Source: Yuukianura sp. NJ FZ-2021 (lineage: Eukaryota). From it: a stretch of DNA of 64,000 nt. This document shows positions 1 to 12,865 of this stretch, in pieces. Position 1 is the first letter of the stretch, and every line of letters starts with the position of its first letter. Where the stretch lies: NCBI GenBank assembly GCA_046563655.1, contig CM102288.1:1302001-1366000 (forward strand). Reading direction: 5' to 3'. A program made the translations under genes and the position numbers. The notes beneath the pieces are model-generated. The model saw only the letters and a list, made by a program, of their open reading frames with translations. It did not search any database and was not told the DNA's origin.

Positions 1-703
1 CTAAACAAAATTGTAGCTTAGATTTTCGAGGAAAATAGCAAAATGTACGTAAAAAATTCTATGAGTTGATTTTTTTTTGAAAACAGAAATTGTAGCAGTG
101 CTGAAAAAATTTTGATGGGTGATTTTGGTCACACTTTGGAAAGGGCGGGAGAGAACAATAGGTTAGGGAGACGCTGGAGCTGGAGGAAAACAAGCTCCAG
201 GAGCATCCCGCAGCGATTTGGGATTTCGGAGCATCTTTCAAAGATCCGAAAAAAGTGCTTAAGAGCAGCAGAAGTGTAGAAGTAGTCAGTGTCTCTTTTA
301 GTCTTAAAAAGTTACAAGATCCTGATCACTTCCTTTTCCATTTGATCGTCAACCGAGAGTGTTTAGGTACTACAAGCACAGATTAATTGTAAAAACCAAC
401 CCCCAACAAGCACCACTTAAACATAGGCGTCTAATTTTTGTGTTGCAAAAGAAGCCACTTTGGCTTCATTGGTTCCAGAAGCAGAGGCACCGGGCGGGAA
501 TCATTCTCTTCATCAGTAAAAACCTGAACAACAATTTCATCATTTGGGATTTTTTGTGTTGATTTTCACTTGGTTTGTTCATAAGACGAAGAAGATTTTC
601 CTCAAGTTTAGTCTTGAGAACTAACTAAAGTGAGAAATTTGAGTAGTTGGTCCACCCCTTGGAAGGCAGTGGATTACCTTTTGAAAGACAATACAACAGT
701 TGT

Positions 704-783
704 GGTGGTTAGTTGCAGTGGTGGGTTCCATATGTGTAAAAGTTGTGGGTTCAAATCCTAGTCCCACCATAAACAAAAAAAAA
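704..783 (+). pseudogene. Degenerate tRNA-like / tRNA-derived SINE remnant
   Basis: A-box-like TAGTTGCAGTGG (710-721), B-box GGTTCAAATCC (748-758), GGTGG(704-708)/CCACC(764-768) acceptor-like pairing ending CCA, then an A-rich tail; too short for an intact tRNA and without a proper anticodon arm. Confidence 0.45.
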
Positions 784-1181
784 GCAGTACAGTATGTGCC
801 CACTTTCAAAAAAGTAGCATCTTTCTCCTGGCTCCTGCTCTGCAAACAACTAAAAAGCTAATCTTTACAACTCAATTTAACTTTTTTTTGGGAAAATTTT
901 ATTGTTTTTGGCAAAATTAGGTTATGCTTTTTCCGTTTACTGTGAATTTTTTGTAAACATAACCACAAAACTGAAGCAAATGGAAAGTACATCCACCTAG
1001 CGGAGAAAGTCAAAGAAAGTTTTCTTGTCAAAAAATACCAAAGTGGTGCTAAACAAAAAACTTTGAAAGAAAGTTGAACAAAAAGTGAAACTTTTTTTGT
1101 AAAACAAAATGTGGTAACAAGTGAATCCTTCAGTGATTAAAATTCGAAGCTTTAATTTTTCAAAATTTCAAAATTTTGAAA

Positions 1182-1439
1182 ATGTATCCATGGATCAGAG
1201 ATGCAGCGGCTGCTGCTGCTGCTGCAGCGGTTGGCTTTACTAGTCCTCACCATCACCATCACCCCTTTCACCATCATCCTTCCATGGTCACAAGTCCACA
1301 CAACAACGGATCTGCTCAACATAGTATTGTAGTGACCAACATGAATGGAGGCGGGAAAGGTGAGAATGGCTACCACCATACTGTCACTGGACAGTCCATG
1401 AACGACTGCATGATGGCACTCGACTATGTCCACAATAAG
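1182..1439 (+). CDS. rn: rotund-like gene, putative first coding exon (isoform A), 86 aa, poly-Ala/poly-His rich
   Basis: ATG at 1182 in AAAATG context; MYPWIRDAAAAAAAAAVGFTSPHHHHHH...MMALDYVHNK; strong donor AAG|GTAAGA, phase 0, compatible with the 14880 acceptor. Confidence 0.72.
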
Positions 1440-1458
1440 GTAAGATCAACAGTCATGT

Positions 1459-2108
1459 CAGTGTTGGCTTTTCCCCGGGGATTTGATGCTCTCCCCGGGA
1501 AATTGGGGTTATCCCCAAATCCCCGGGGATTTGGGGATTATTGGGGCTCTGGCGATGTTTTGTACAGCGCATGCGCAGCGTCTGCGCAAACCCAGAATTC
1601 AGTGTAGCTCCACCCAGAACATTCCCACACTCCACCCCGTTTTGTTCTTTGTTGTTATTCATCGTCATTAAACTTTTTAATTTGATTCCGGCGTTGACTA
1701 TTTTATATTAAATATTATTTATAATATATAATATAATTATTTTATATTATTTATAGTATATTATAATACAATTATTATTACTTTATAACTACGTAGAATA
1801 TAAAAGGCTAAGTCTAACGATATTTATAATGTCTGTAATATAATATGTACATATATTATTATATAATTTGTAATATAATAAATATAATATATTTATACAT
1901 AGTATATAATATAAAATATTCAATGCCGGACGTTTAGAATCCCATTATATCCCTGGTATAATATCGAAAAACACAAAAAAAAAGTCAGCCATTTTGGATA
2001 AAAAAAACGAAATCCCCACACAGCCCCAAATCCCCACCTCCGAGAGTGGGGAAAACCCCAATAATCCCCATCCCCGTCCCCAGTGGGGTGGGGGTGCTGC
2101 CAACACTG
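1459..2108. mobile_element. Non-autonomous hAT-superfamily DNA transposon (MITE), 650 bp
   Basis: Perfect 10-bp TIRs CAGTGTTGGC (1459-1468) / GCCAACACTG (2099-2108); exact 8-bp TSD AGTCATGT (1451-1458, 2109-2116); multiple subterminal GGGGAT/ATCCCC motifs; very AT-rich core (~1700-1920); no transposase ORF. Confidence 0.9.
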
Positions 2109-5100
2109 AGTCATGTTCATGCTAGACTAAAACTTTCTCTTGACTTTCTCCGTAAACAACAACTGCGAGATTTGTCGCAAAAAACTTGCAATCCAGTATG
2201 TTCTAGGCATGAAACTTAGAAAATTTACGCTCGGCGTTTTGATTCAACATTTTCTAAAAGAATGTGAATCGATCGGTGTGGGATATTTTTAAAAATTCTG
2301 AAATTTAGGAAACCTAGGAACAGAATTTTGAAATCTTGAAGGAAATCTTTGAGAATCTTGAAGGAGAAAGTAGTGGGGCAAGGTGGGACGGTGGGGTGAA
2401 GCGAGGTGGGGCTGAGGGTGGGGCGGTGGCTCAGGTGACAAGTGGACAGTGCTCTATGATATATTGGTTGGGAGGTCAATTAATCAAGGGATTGATGGAA
2501 CGTTTCGGATGCTGGCAGTGTCATCAAGAACCAAAGAGTCAGCAAATGTGCTGGACAAGAGGAAGGGGGGACAAGATGAATAATTCGTACTTTCAGTTCC
2601 AGAAAGCGCTTTCCCCCACCCTCCCCCTTCTTCAACCATTCTTGTTTTTGAGTTAGATGAATCTATTTTTTGAAGAAGAGGAAGGAAGAAGTGAAGATGG
2701 GCAGAGGCGGGGGACAGTTCTTCCTGGAAGCCCAAATGACTTTCACCCGAACCCTCTGCAAGAGTGATTATGGTTCAAGATTAACCCAGGCACAACTTTT
2801 GGAGAGTAGAGATGAATTGTCCAGGACAACCCATGGACATCCTTCGGTTGGTGATTGATCTTCTGGGATTGTGTCCAGGACGTTGGACTCCTGTCACTTT
2901 CACTAATGTCTTCTATCGTTTTGTTCAAATGGACATCACCGGATTCTAAACTAAAAGTGTGTAAAAATGGACACTTTTAGTCAATATGCATCAAAGCACT
3001 AAAAGTTTGAGATTATTTCTGACTTTTCTGAGGAAAAGTCAGCCCCAGAGAAGATCGGGTAAAGTTTTATTAATTTAGTATTCTTTTTTTTTCTAAAATT
3101 TTGTCTAACATGATACATGACATGATGATAATTGGCTGCGTGGCAAAGGTGTCAAATGAACACGTGAAATTGTAAAATTTTACAATCTTTACACTTGTTT
3201 TCCTTGCAAATCTGAATTTTTGTAAAGTTAAACTTTGTAAAAGCGGCAAAACAAACTTCAAAGTTTGATTGATAACTTGTCTCTTCCTAACGCCCACACC
3301 ACACCCAACTAATTGAAAATTCAACTGACAAAAATTATAAACTCAAACTTGAATTAAACCTTTTGACCAAATTGAGCAGGATCTCTTACTCCTTATGTCT
3401 TTCAATCAAAAAATTTCAAAAAAAAATAATAGGGAACCTCCTACTCAGAATTTTTGCAGTGAAATGACCTTCACCAACCTTGATACATTTTTCTAACATT
3501 TGAATTTGAACTTCACAAAATTTTGAGATTCAAAGCTCAAAGTAAACAAAATGTGCTACTGCTAAAGTGAAAGTCTTTTCACTTTGAAGTTGGAATCTTT
3601 CTCCAATATCCCAAGAGTTGTGTGTGGTTTTGGAAATTTTTTGAAAGCTTTTTTTTTTTGTAATTTTTGATTTTTTTTTGGTTTCGTTTGATCCAAAAGT
3701 ATTGTTTGAGGAATATGGACCACGGGGGGTTTCTATTTCAATTGGAGAGAGGAAGAAGACGAATGTTGTTAAGAGGGAATCCAGTCAAATGGAAATGCAC
3801 AAGTAGAGTGGACTACCCGGATTTTCGGATAAGTCATTTCGACAGACTGGCGCCTCCGTTTTTTCTGCATCCTCCGCATGCATTTTCGGGTACTTCAATC
3901 TTTCTCTGTCCACCACTTCTCACCGTGTAAGATTCATCCGCTTGCATTGCATAACGAAATGATGAAAAGCCAAAAAATTGCATAAAGCTCCAAATCAGTT
4001 GAGCTGATGAATCTTTTGATGAATTTCTCGCCGTATGAAAAGTACCTTCACAATTTCGCGTAAAAATTTAATACTAAACTAGATTCGTTGAGTGCTAAAT
4101 TTTGAATTTGTTTTGGAGATGAACTTTGTTTAGGTTTTCCATGAAAGAAAGTCTGAACAACGCGTTTTTTTGGTATTGGAAATGTGCTTACTTCCGCTCA
4201 TCATGTCCAGTCACTTAGCTCCGGTTGACTGATTTTCTTCTATCATCAGGTCAATTTTTTACGGTGGTTGTTGTTTCACAAATTTCAAAATTAGTTACAC
4301 TGCAGCCTTACAACTTTTGTGTCATCAAAATTCCAGGATTAGAACTAACTCCTTCCACTTTTGCTTTTCCAGCAAAAACAACCGCGTTAACTAGTTTTTA
4401 GGTTCTAATACTAGTTTTTTTTTTCTTTTGTATAGAAGTAGATCAAAGACGCACGAGAAGAACTATTTTCGTGGTTGATTTGACGCTCAATTGTGCATCA
4501 AAATTTAGTCGGGATGATACATCTAAAAGTACATGTAACTACCTTGAGTTATGCTTTTGACCATCACACCGTGAACATTTTCAAACCAATTTGTGCGTAA
4601 TTTTGTACTTCTCAGAAAACCAACAAAACTGACGCATTTTCAACTGAACAGCCAGTTTGAGAGCTACCAATTTTTAACGAAAATCACAAAACGCAAAATT
4701 TTCTGCTTTTTTTTTTTCGAAAAATTTGTTGTAATATGCGCTTTATTTGCTCTGTGTTTATCATTATCACATAAGATTCGTCTTCCAAACCGGCTTGGTG
4801 TTAAAACATTTGAGATTGCAAAGTGAATTCGGCTCTCTTTTTCCACCTAAACTACAAAGTGGTTTTTGTTAAGTGGTTCTTTTGCGGGTTTTGAGAATTA
4901 TTCCGTCTTCTGAGATTGATTACTTCTGAAATCCCTTGACGTAAAGATTTGAAACATTTCTCAAGGATTTCCTCCTTTCCAAAACTGATTATATTTTATT
5001 ACATATATTACTACATACTTGTGGTTATTAGTCAAAAGGAAACTTAAAACTATGCTGGATAAGTCTGTTTCAGCGAAACAAGCCTAATGAGTAAGGTCAT

Positions 5101-8100
5101 GCAATTTGTTCACTTCGTCCAAATCCAAAGGAGGTTGGGATCCATGGATACAAAGACAAATTGCATCCCTTGTAGACTGGAGCCGCCTCATGTACAATTC
5201 TATCCATCAAATCACTTTCTACACGGTTCGAAGAGAAACGTACACAAATTGTAAACACTGCACAGTGTGCTATGTAATTTTTTACATGCACTTTGGTTGT
5301 TTAGTTTCTTTTTCGGTAAAAACTTGAACTCTCAACTTGTCAGCTTCAATTTCCTGGCGAAAATTTACAAAACCAAATTGGAAATCTGTAAAATAAGTTT
5401 CATAAAATATTTTTTCTGTAACTTTTTTTTTCTCTTGCATCTCGTATCTTCATCAACGTAGGCGAAAATGACTAACCTAATGATGGGAAAAGCCTTAATG
5501 TTCATGAGCTGTCACTCTGTTAAGACAAAGTGAAAAATTTAACAGACGAAATGGAAATATACTTGGAAATTCGGAGCGTCATCGCACCAACATCTTTTAA
5601 GAATATTATTTTCATAATGTAAATCAAATACTACTGCGAAGATTCTGAATTTTAGACAATTTTTTGTTGTTGGCTAAAAAACTTGTTTTTAGTGTAAAAT
5701 TTTGTTAATGTGAGGTAAAATTTTACAATACAAAAAATTTTCGGCAAGTGAGCAAATTACTTAATTTGACCATGACCAAAAGACGCCTTTATTTTATCAA
5801 AAAATGCATTAACTTTTTTAAGTAAAGAAGAAAGCACTCTATAAAATTGTTATAGTACAAGTACTAAACATTTCAGTTTGAATTGCTACTGCGCAGGTAT
5901 TCAATAACACAGTGGTCAATTTGTTGTGGTAATTAAGGTGTTAATTACAGGGTCTTTTGGTGTATGGAATTTCCTTGGAGGAAGTAGTTTCCTATTTGCT
6001 TTGTTAAATCGACTCCATTAAAAGTCATGGACAAACGTCAACAAATTTCGTGAACTTGAAAGAAAATTTTTTTGGTTGAAGTAAGACGCCCCACAACATT
6101 TTGTAATATGAAACTGAAATAAATTTTCATAAATATAAAATAGATCCATGGAAACAAAAGACCCGCGGAAAATTGTTTTGCACAAAATTTTGCTATTTTT
6201 TTTAAACACGAACACATATTTTAAGTTGAAATTTTTACAAAATTTACAAATCTCAATTTCTATACGAAATTTTCTAGTTTTTAAACTAACTTTTGGCTAA
6301 CCTTATCTAGGGACCTGTGATTTCCTGCATGAGCGTGGGTACAAATTACGTCTGCCAATGTCGTCCTTACTTCAACCGAATGACTTTATCTATCAACTAG
6401 GAAGTGCTTTTTGGACTGACTTATTGTCAAAATTGCCAAAATCTGAGCAGAATGCAGATGAGGTCATGCTGTTCAATAAACTTGGAAGTTTAAATCATAG
6501 CCCGATTTTGTGCAGATTTGGTGAAAGAGGAGGGGCGGGGTGTTGTAAGTGCGGTGGGATTGTGTTTTGAAAGGAGTCAGTGTATAGTTTATGTTGACGT
6601 TTCAATTAAGGACTTGCTCTGTAATTCTGACACTCTAATCTGGAAATCTTAAACGAGTCATCGGGACTCCCGTTGGATTTATGCACCTTCCTAGGAAAAT
6701 TTAGTGGCCGAATGGCCGAGAACTTAAAAGAGTTCAAGTAACTTTTAAAATTCAAAAGAAAAAATTCCTGGGTGCAAATATTTGCATCAACACTGGTGTG
6801 TGAGAGCGGAATTTATGTTCAAGAAATGTTTGAAAACGACACCAAAACCAAAACGATGTTTAAAGTTCGTAAGAAATCAAGCCAATCTTATCCAAACCTT
6901 CACAAAAGGTGACTTGAAAACTTAAATTTTCTTCACGTTGCAAATAAAGTTATGCTGAAGTTATCAAAGTATGGAACATAAATTAATTCTGGTCATGTAC
7001 AACGTTATATTTTTTGCACATTTTTGTGTCTTCAAATTATCAACAATAAAATTTGTTGAGGTCAATTTTAAATGGCTTGTTCTTGTCCTGTTAAAAAGTG
7101 ACAACTTCGTCGGCTTTTAAAAGCTTTACGGACACAAATCTTTAAAGTTACAACACTTTTTTAGTAATTTAGAAGCTCGGAAATTGAAATTCTCAAAATC
7201 AGAACCAGTTTTGAAAGTTTTCATTTCCAGTGACGAAAAAATATTAAATTCGGCACAAAAAAATTTAAAGTTAACTTAGGTGACGTGATTACGCAGTCAT
7301 GAATTTTTTTTTAACCCGTGCCGTGATGAACCTTTCAAAAAACACAAACTAAAAAGTTTGTCGTTTGTCTCTTTAATGATTTGGTTTAAATTTTCAAAAT
7401 TTTGAGTTTTCAGCTTGTTCTGAAGTTTTCTGCAAAGCTTGTGCCATCTATGATCCTCCGTCTCCAATTTTCGGATCGAGTTTCTCAAATCTCCCGGAAA
7501 ATTCACTCTTTTCAAATTCGGTTTTCGCGTCGTCTCTCAAATCAAGTCGAAAGTTTCCCGATTCTGCCGAACTTTCACTTCTGCTGCTCCGAAGTTAGTT
7601 CGTGGAGAAAGCTACACTAACTCGTGTCGTGCATTTTGGAAACCTCTGCTTGCTCTCACTTCATGTTCGATCGTCCAAAGTTGTTTTTTCTAAACTGCTG
7701 CTGCCATTTCCCAACTGTTATTTTTTCCCTCTCTCAATTTCACCGTTTGTTTCCTCTTGCCTATTTTTTTAGGAGAAAGGAGGAGGCTAGAACAGGTCTC
7801 CTAGGTGGCTACTAGAAAGTCTTTGTGCTTTATTTTCTTATATTCTGTGTGTGGTCGGAGAGTCTGCCGAAGGAAAAAGTAAGCATAAAAAACAGTGAAT
7901 AAAAATACAAGTATAAAAAATCCTAGTGAAAGTTTATCACTTTCACTTTTCTGGTGGATGGGAATCAAGAGGTAAGACAAGGACAAGCACTTCCGTAGTA
8001 AACATAAACACTACATAATAACTAAGGGCTTCGTCATGTGCCAAAGGTCACCTCAAGGACTTTGGCAGTACTCAAAATCAATACTATTCTTAAAAGTTAA

Positions 8101-11100
8101 TTATTTTTATAAGTTATTATTATATTTTATACGAGTAATACTACTACCTACATGTTTATTACCATTCATTCTATTCAACTTACAAAAAAAATGGGAATAC
8201 TAACTTTAATTCCTTAGCCATTTCTACTGATCAACTTCATGTAAACTTACGCAACATTGCCAGGAACTTCTAATTCTCCCGGAAATTATCCGTATGGTGT
8301 TCAGAGTATGAAAATTTTCGACAATTTTTTTCAAAATCTTTGCTGGCATAATTTTTGCAAAATACTTTTCTAAAAATAACGTATAACACTCAAAAACATT
8401 TGCCGCATTGAAAATTTATTAGCGCAAGCGGAGAAAGCAAAAATCAAAGTTCGTAATTTCGCCTTTTTTGATTTTCCTTTCAACTCACTTCGAATTACAA
8501 AATTTCAAAAAATTGAACTACGATGATATGCTAAAGTAATTTTTCAGAAGTTTAGTGAAAGTAATTAAACTAACATTTATGTACTTTAAAGTACAGTGTT
8601 TAGTGAGGTGTTAAATTGCTAATTGAACTAAAACCTAAGTACTGTTGTGCATTAACTGCTAATTGAGAGCAATCAAATGTTCCTGTTGCATTTTTTTTCC
8701 TTCTGCTGTGATCAGAAGTCAAGCTGTACTTGGCTCGAGTTCAAATTCAATAAGAATCCGGATTCTTTGAGCTTTTTCGTAAATTGAAACAATGAGATTT
8801 TTGAAGATTGGAAAGAGGCAGGCGGATCTACTGGTCCATTAGCCAATGCACTCATGACTTTAACTGGACTTTCAAGATCTTTTATCTAAAGAGGCAAGGC
8901 TTTCAGCATCCCTTAGCAACAAAGTTGCATGTTTCAAGTGGTGCTCATGTCTGATTCAACTTACATCTACCTTGGGAACAACCTAACATAACTTAGCTTT
9001 TAAGAAACGAAGAGGTGGAAAGGTCAAAGGTCAAGCCCAGTTTTCACTTTGAATCAGGAGTTAGGCTTTGTGAAGGTCAGAGGAAGCTGACGGAGGGAAG
9101 ATTTTCCAGATTTGGCTAAATCATGAATTCGCGAAGGTTTTAGTTGTGTCTATAATTGTGCCAACACCTATTATTATAATGTGAATTTGACGTGTGTGCG
9201 TCTTGGAAGTAGGATTTTGGCAATGGTGGGAGTAACTATGTCTAAACAGAATCAAAATTTGAAAAAGGCGGAGACGGAAGTTCAAAAACAGAGGCAAAGG
9301 TTTCTTATGGGAATTTTTCTTGGGAGAGAGATTTTTTTCTTTTTGCTGAAATTTCATAATTGATTTCCTTCCAGAGAGAACGTGAAGAATGAAAAATATT
9401 TTTTTTTGGAACTCGGGAGAGGTTTGCAATTTTGAAAGAAGCTGAGAGAGTTAAAATTTTGACTGCTGAAGTTGGGAGATGAAAATAAACTGAAAAGTTC
9501 CAATTTCCAGAAGACGTAAAAGAAATATTTTCTCTTGGAGACTAGAATGTTAGGGTATTCCAACAGTTCTGGAAGGCTAGAAGCTTAGGTTAGGTGCTTT
9601 TTACTTGGTTTCGTGCAGGAGTGTTATGGTTCTCAAATGTTTTCTTTTTATTAAGCTTCTGTTTAGGTTTCTTTTCCTTCAGTTCGTAGGAGGAAAAGGG
9701 AGAAAATGTTAATAGAAAACGGGAGATGAAAACTATCACTATAAAGACTGTCGCATTTCTCCAAAAATATTTTCAGTTTTTAGATGAAAAATTTCGGTTT
9801 CTTCACTTTCCGGAGTTTTTTTTTGTTGCGTAACATAAACAGTTACAGTTTAGTGCAGAACTTGATTAAAATTTTCACAAAATTCGGAAAAAATGTCCCA
9901 CACAACTTTCGTCTTCTAAATTTTAGTATTCTTTGCCTCCACTATTTTTTGAGTGGCGTAACTAAAAACTGAAATTTTTAATTGTCCGAAATCAAAGGAA
10001 CGCAGTACAACAGTTAAAAAGAGAAAAATTCTGCTTCTTTTTTGAATTTTGAATTTTGAGGATTTTTTTTTGTTTTCAAATTTTCACTTTGTGAAAGCAA
10101 GAATTAACTTTGCTACAAAACTATAAAAAAACAGAATACAAAACATAAACTTTTCGAACAACTGTAAATACAAACTTACGAATTAACAAAAAAATTGCAG
10201 TGACATCGAATCGAACCTTTAACTTTTAAATTCTGACAAATTTAAATTTACTGAGGTCACACTTGGACTCCGTGTAACCTCGCTTCGCGTTAATTAAAGT
10301 TAGACTATCCAACTACGTTATTTTAATTGTGCAAACTACCTTAACAATTAACTTACTTTAACGGAGACTAATGCTAACTTACTAACTCTTCATCCCTGGA
10401 TCTCCTGTCTCCATAATAGCTATGATGAGTACTCCAAGTTCATTTTTGCCAAGGGGAATGTTACGATCATGTTTTCTTTTTCTTGTCCAAAGACTTCCAA
10501 TTTTCATCTTCCAGCTCCCACTGCCTTCATCTTCTTCATCTCTACGAAAGCACTTGCATCTTCCCAGGAAAAAATAGATACAACTGGCTCAACATCTTGG
10601 AAGGGAGCAACGCTAGGATCTTAGTATAACCTTACCTATAAGCTTCCAAGACGTTCTGGTCCAGGTTGTTCCTTATAGTGTTCATGTGTATTTCGAGACA
10701 ACAACACGCATCCAAATGGTTGCAGTACACTTGGTTTTCATCTTCTTCAAGCCCCTTAAGCCCACAACTCTCCTCACCGAAGAGCAGAGAAAAAAAAGTT
10801 TTGGATCAGAAACTTTTCTTCTTCAATATTTTTATATACCACACATAAGAAAGCATGTTTTAAGCTTCAAAAGTTCTTTTGGGAAGGGAACAACGCTGGT
10901 TTTTACACCGCCGCGGTGCAGCATTTTTTTCAGTTTCAACAACCTACAGTCAGTCTTCTACCTCCACTTGCTACTCCAGTTTTTCCAACTTTTGTGTCAT
11001 TTTTTGCCCCTCAACGCCTTTGTGATTAGTTTTTTGTGCACAAAACATGCACAGACTGAGCAGTTTTCAATCGACAAGTGTCAAGGTTGTGACCTTCAAA

Positions 11101-12074
11101 TTGACAGTTTACGGTATTGAAAAGTGAAGAAAGATTTTTCTAATGAGTGAAAGATCAGATTTTCTCACAGGGATTTGAGTGCAATTAATTGGTTTCTCAT
11201 TCAAATCATAAAATTTGTGCTGCAACTTTGAAGTTTTTAGGTGCCTTGGGCTCATTGGAAGAAAGATGAAACAGATTTTGTGTTGCATTTAATTAGGAGT
11301 TGGTTTAACTGCGCTCAAAATGCAGAAAAGTTTTTGAAATTGATGGACAGACTGTGGGAGTTCACCTTATTGTGTAGTATTTCCTGATGAAGATTAGCAT
11401 AATTGCTGATGGATAGGATTGCAAATTACACCTTGCCACCCTAACGTAAAAGTGCACCTTAACCTCAACACAGACTCAAAATTTCATATCAAAATTTGAG
11501 CAACGGGCTTTCAAAAGGAGAATTTTTGTGCAAATCAGCCGAAAACAGAAGAAATTCAATCGAAAGAGCCAAAAAAACAGTTTCAATTTTCTGAAATTCG
11601 AGTTTTCCTGCGAATCAACTACAGAAATCGAACAATTTTTTTTTCAATTTAAATCAGAGAAAAATTTTCGGACGACGTCAAACTTGTCAATTTCGTCTTC
11701 ATTAGAAAGTGACGAAGACGCGTCAGTTTTTGGCGGAAAATTGGTTTTGGCGGGAAATTTGAAATTTTGAAAACGAAGCGGGAAACTTTTGGAATTCAAA
11801 ATTCGGTCTGCCGGGACTCCATATTTGTGTTTAAACCTTCTTTGTGCAATGCAAATCTTGTTGAACTTTGACGATTTTGGAGTAAGAATGAAGGTAATTG
11901 TGGACTAATTAAGTTTTGTTAATTGCTTTGTGTAAACGTTGTGTTTTCGTTCGGGGAATCAATCGGTACGTTCGCTTTCAATGTTTTGTGACCCTGTGTA
12001 CTATCACTGTTACACGCAATTTCAATTGTCCAGCATCAGCTGTTAATTAGTTTAACGTTACTGTCCAACTTGTA

Positions 12075-12362
12075 ATGGAATTGTCAGGAGACAAAGGAAT
12101 CGGTGGTGGTGGGACACTGCATCAACATCATCATCATCCCTTTGCATATCCAACTGACCTCAGGGTCATGGGCTACGCCAATGGTGCTTCAGGGGTAATG
12201 ACCTCAACGTCGTCTTCGCCTGGTCCGTCAGTCCAAGTCGTCATGTCACCACTGTCACCAAGTTCAACTTCGGACATAGCCACGGCCACGTCGTCTCCAA
12301 TCCTGGCAACAGCCAATGGACTCTTCACGCTACCCAGAAACCTGATTTTCTCGGATTCGGAG
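12075..12362 (+). CDS. rn: rotund-like gene, alternative first coding exon (isoform B) or internal exon, 96 aa
   Basis: GC-richer His/Ser/Pro-rich ORF MELSGDKG...PRNLIFSDSE ending GAG|GTGCCT, phase 0, followed by an AT-rich intron. A weak in-frame acceptor at 12050/12051 could also make it an internal exon. Confidence 0.72.
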
Positions 12363-12569
12363 GTGCCTTTTTTATTTTATTTTATATTTATTTAATTTAT
12401 TTATGATAATTTATATCTTGGTTGCATAGGTAGGTTCGTTTAATTGGTTTCCATTTGTATTTCGCTTCAATGTTTGGATTCATGATTGTGAGCTGAGGAA
12501 CTCATTCGGTTTTGTATTGAAACCCTTCAAAACATTTGAACGTTGGTAAACACTGAAAGTGAAAATGAA

Positions 12570-12788
12570 GTTATAGTTTGTCTATTTTAAGAAGGCGGGT
12601 TTGTTTCGTTGATTTTTTCGCTTCCATTGCGACGCTTATGGCAAAACTCAGTTTTTGAAAAACACTTTCTCCATTAGGTTTGTATACAAAATTTCACAAA
12701 ATTGATAATTTCTATGTTAACGGTCCATAAGGCGACTGAAATTTTTTCAAATTTGAAAACCGCCTTCTAAAAATAGACAAACTATAAC
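12570..12788. repeat. Second inverted repeat (29-bp arms) adjacent to the long fold-back
   Basis: GTTATAGTTTGTCTATTTTAAGAAGGCGG (12570-12598) matches the reverse complement of 12760-12788 with 1 mismatch. Confidence 0.85.
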
Positions 12789-12865
12789 ATGTTAAGGTGT
12801 GCGAACACCCTGGAAACGGGGGGTCAAAATGCGGCTGTAACTCATCAAATGGAAAATGGTCTGGA

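Noticed and set aside
1440..1671. ORF extension to 1607 and overlapping ORFs at 1453-1671
   Set aside because: These read through the donor at 1440 into the MITE's GC-rich subterminal repeats; not coding
10636..10760. Minus-strand open stretch ending in an AG|GTAAGG donor (possible nested gene exon)
   Set aside because: Short, unrecognised peptide with no supporting acceptor or neighbouring exons
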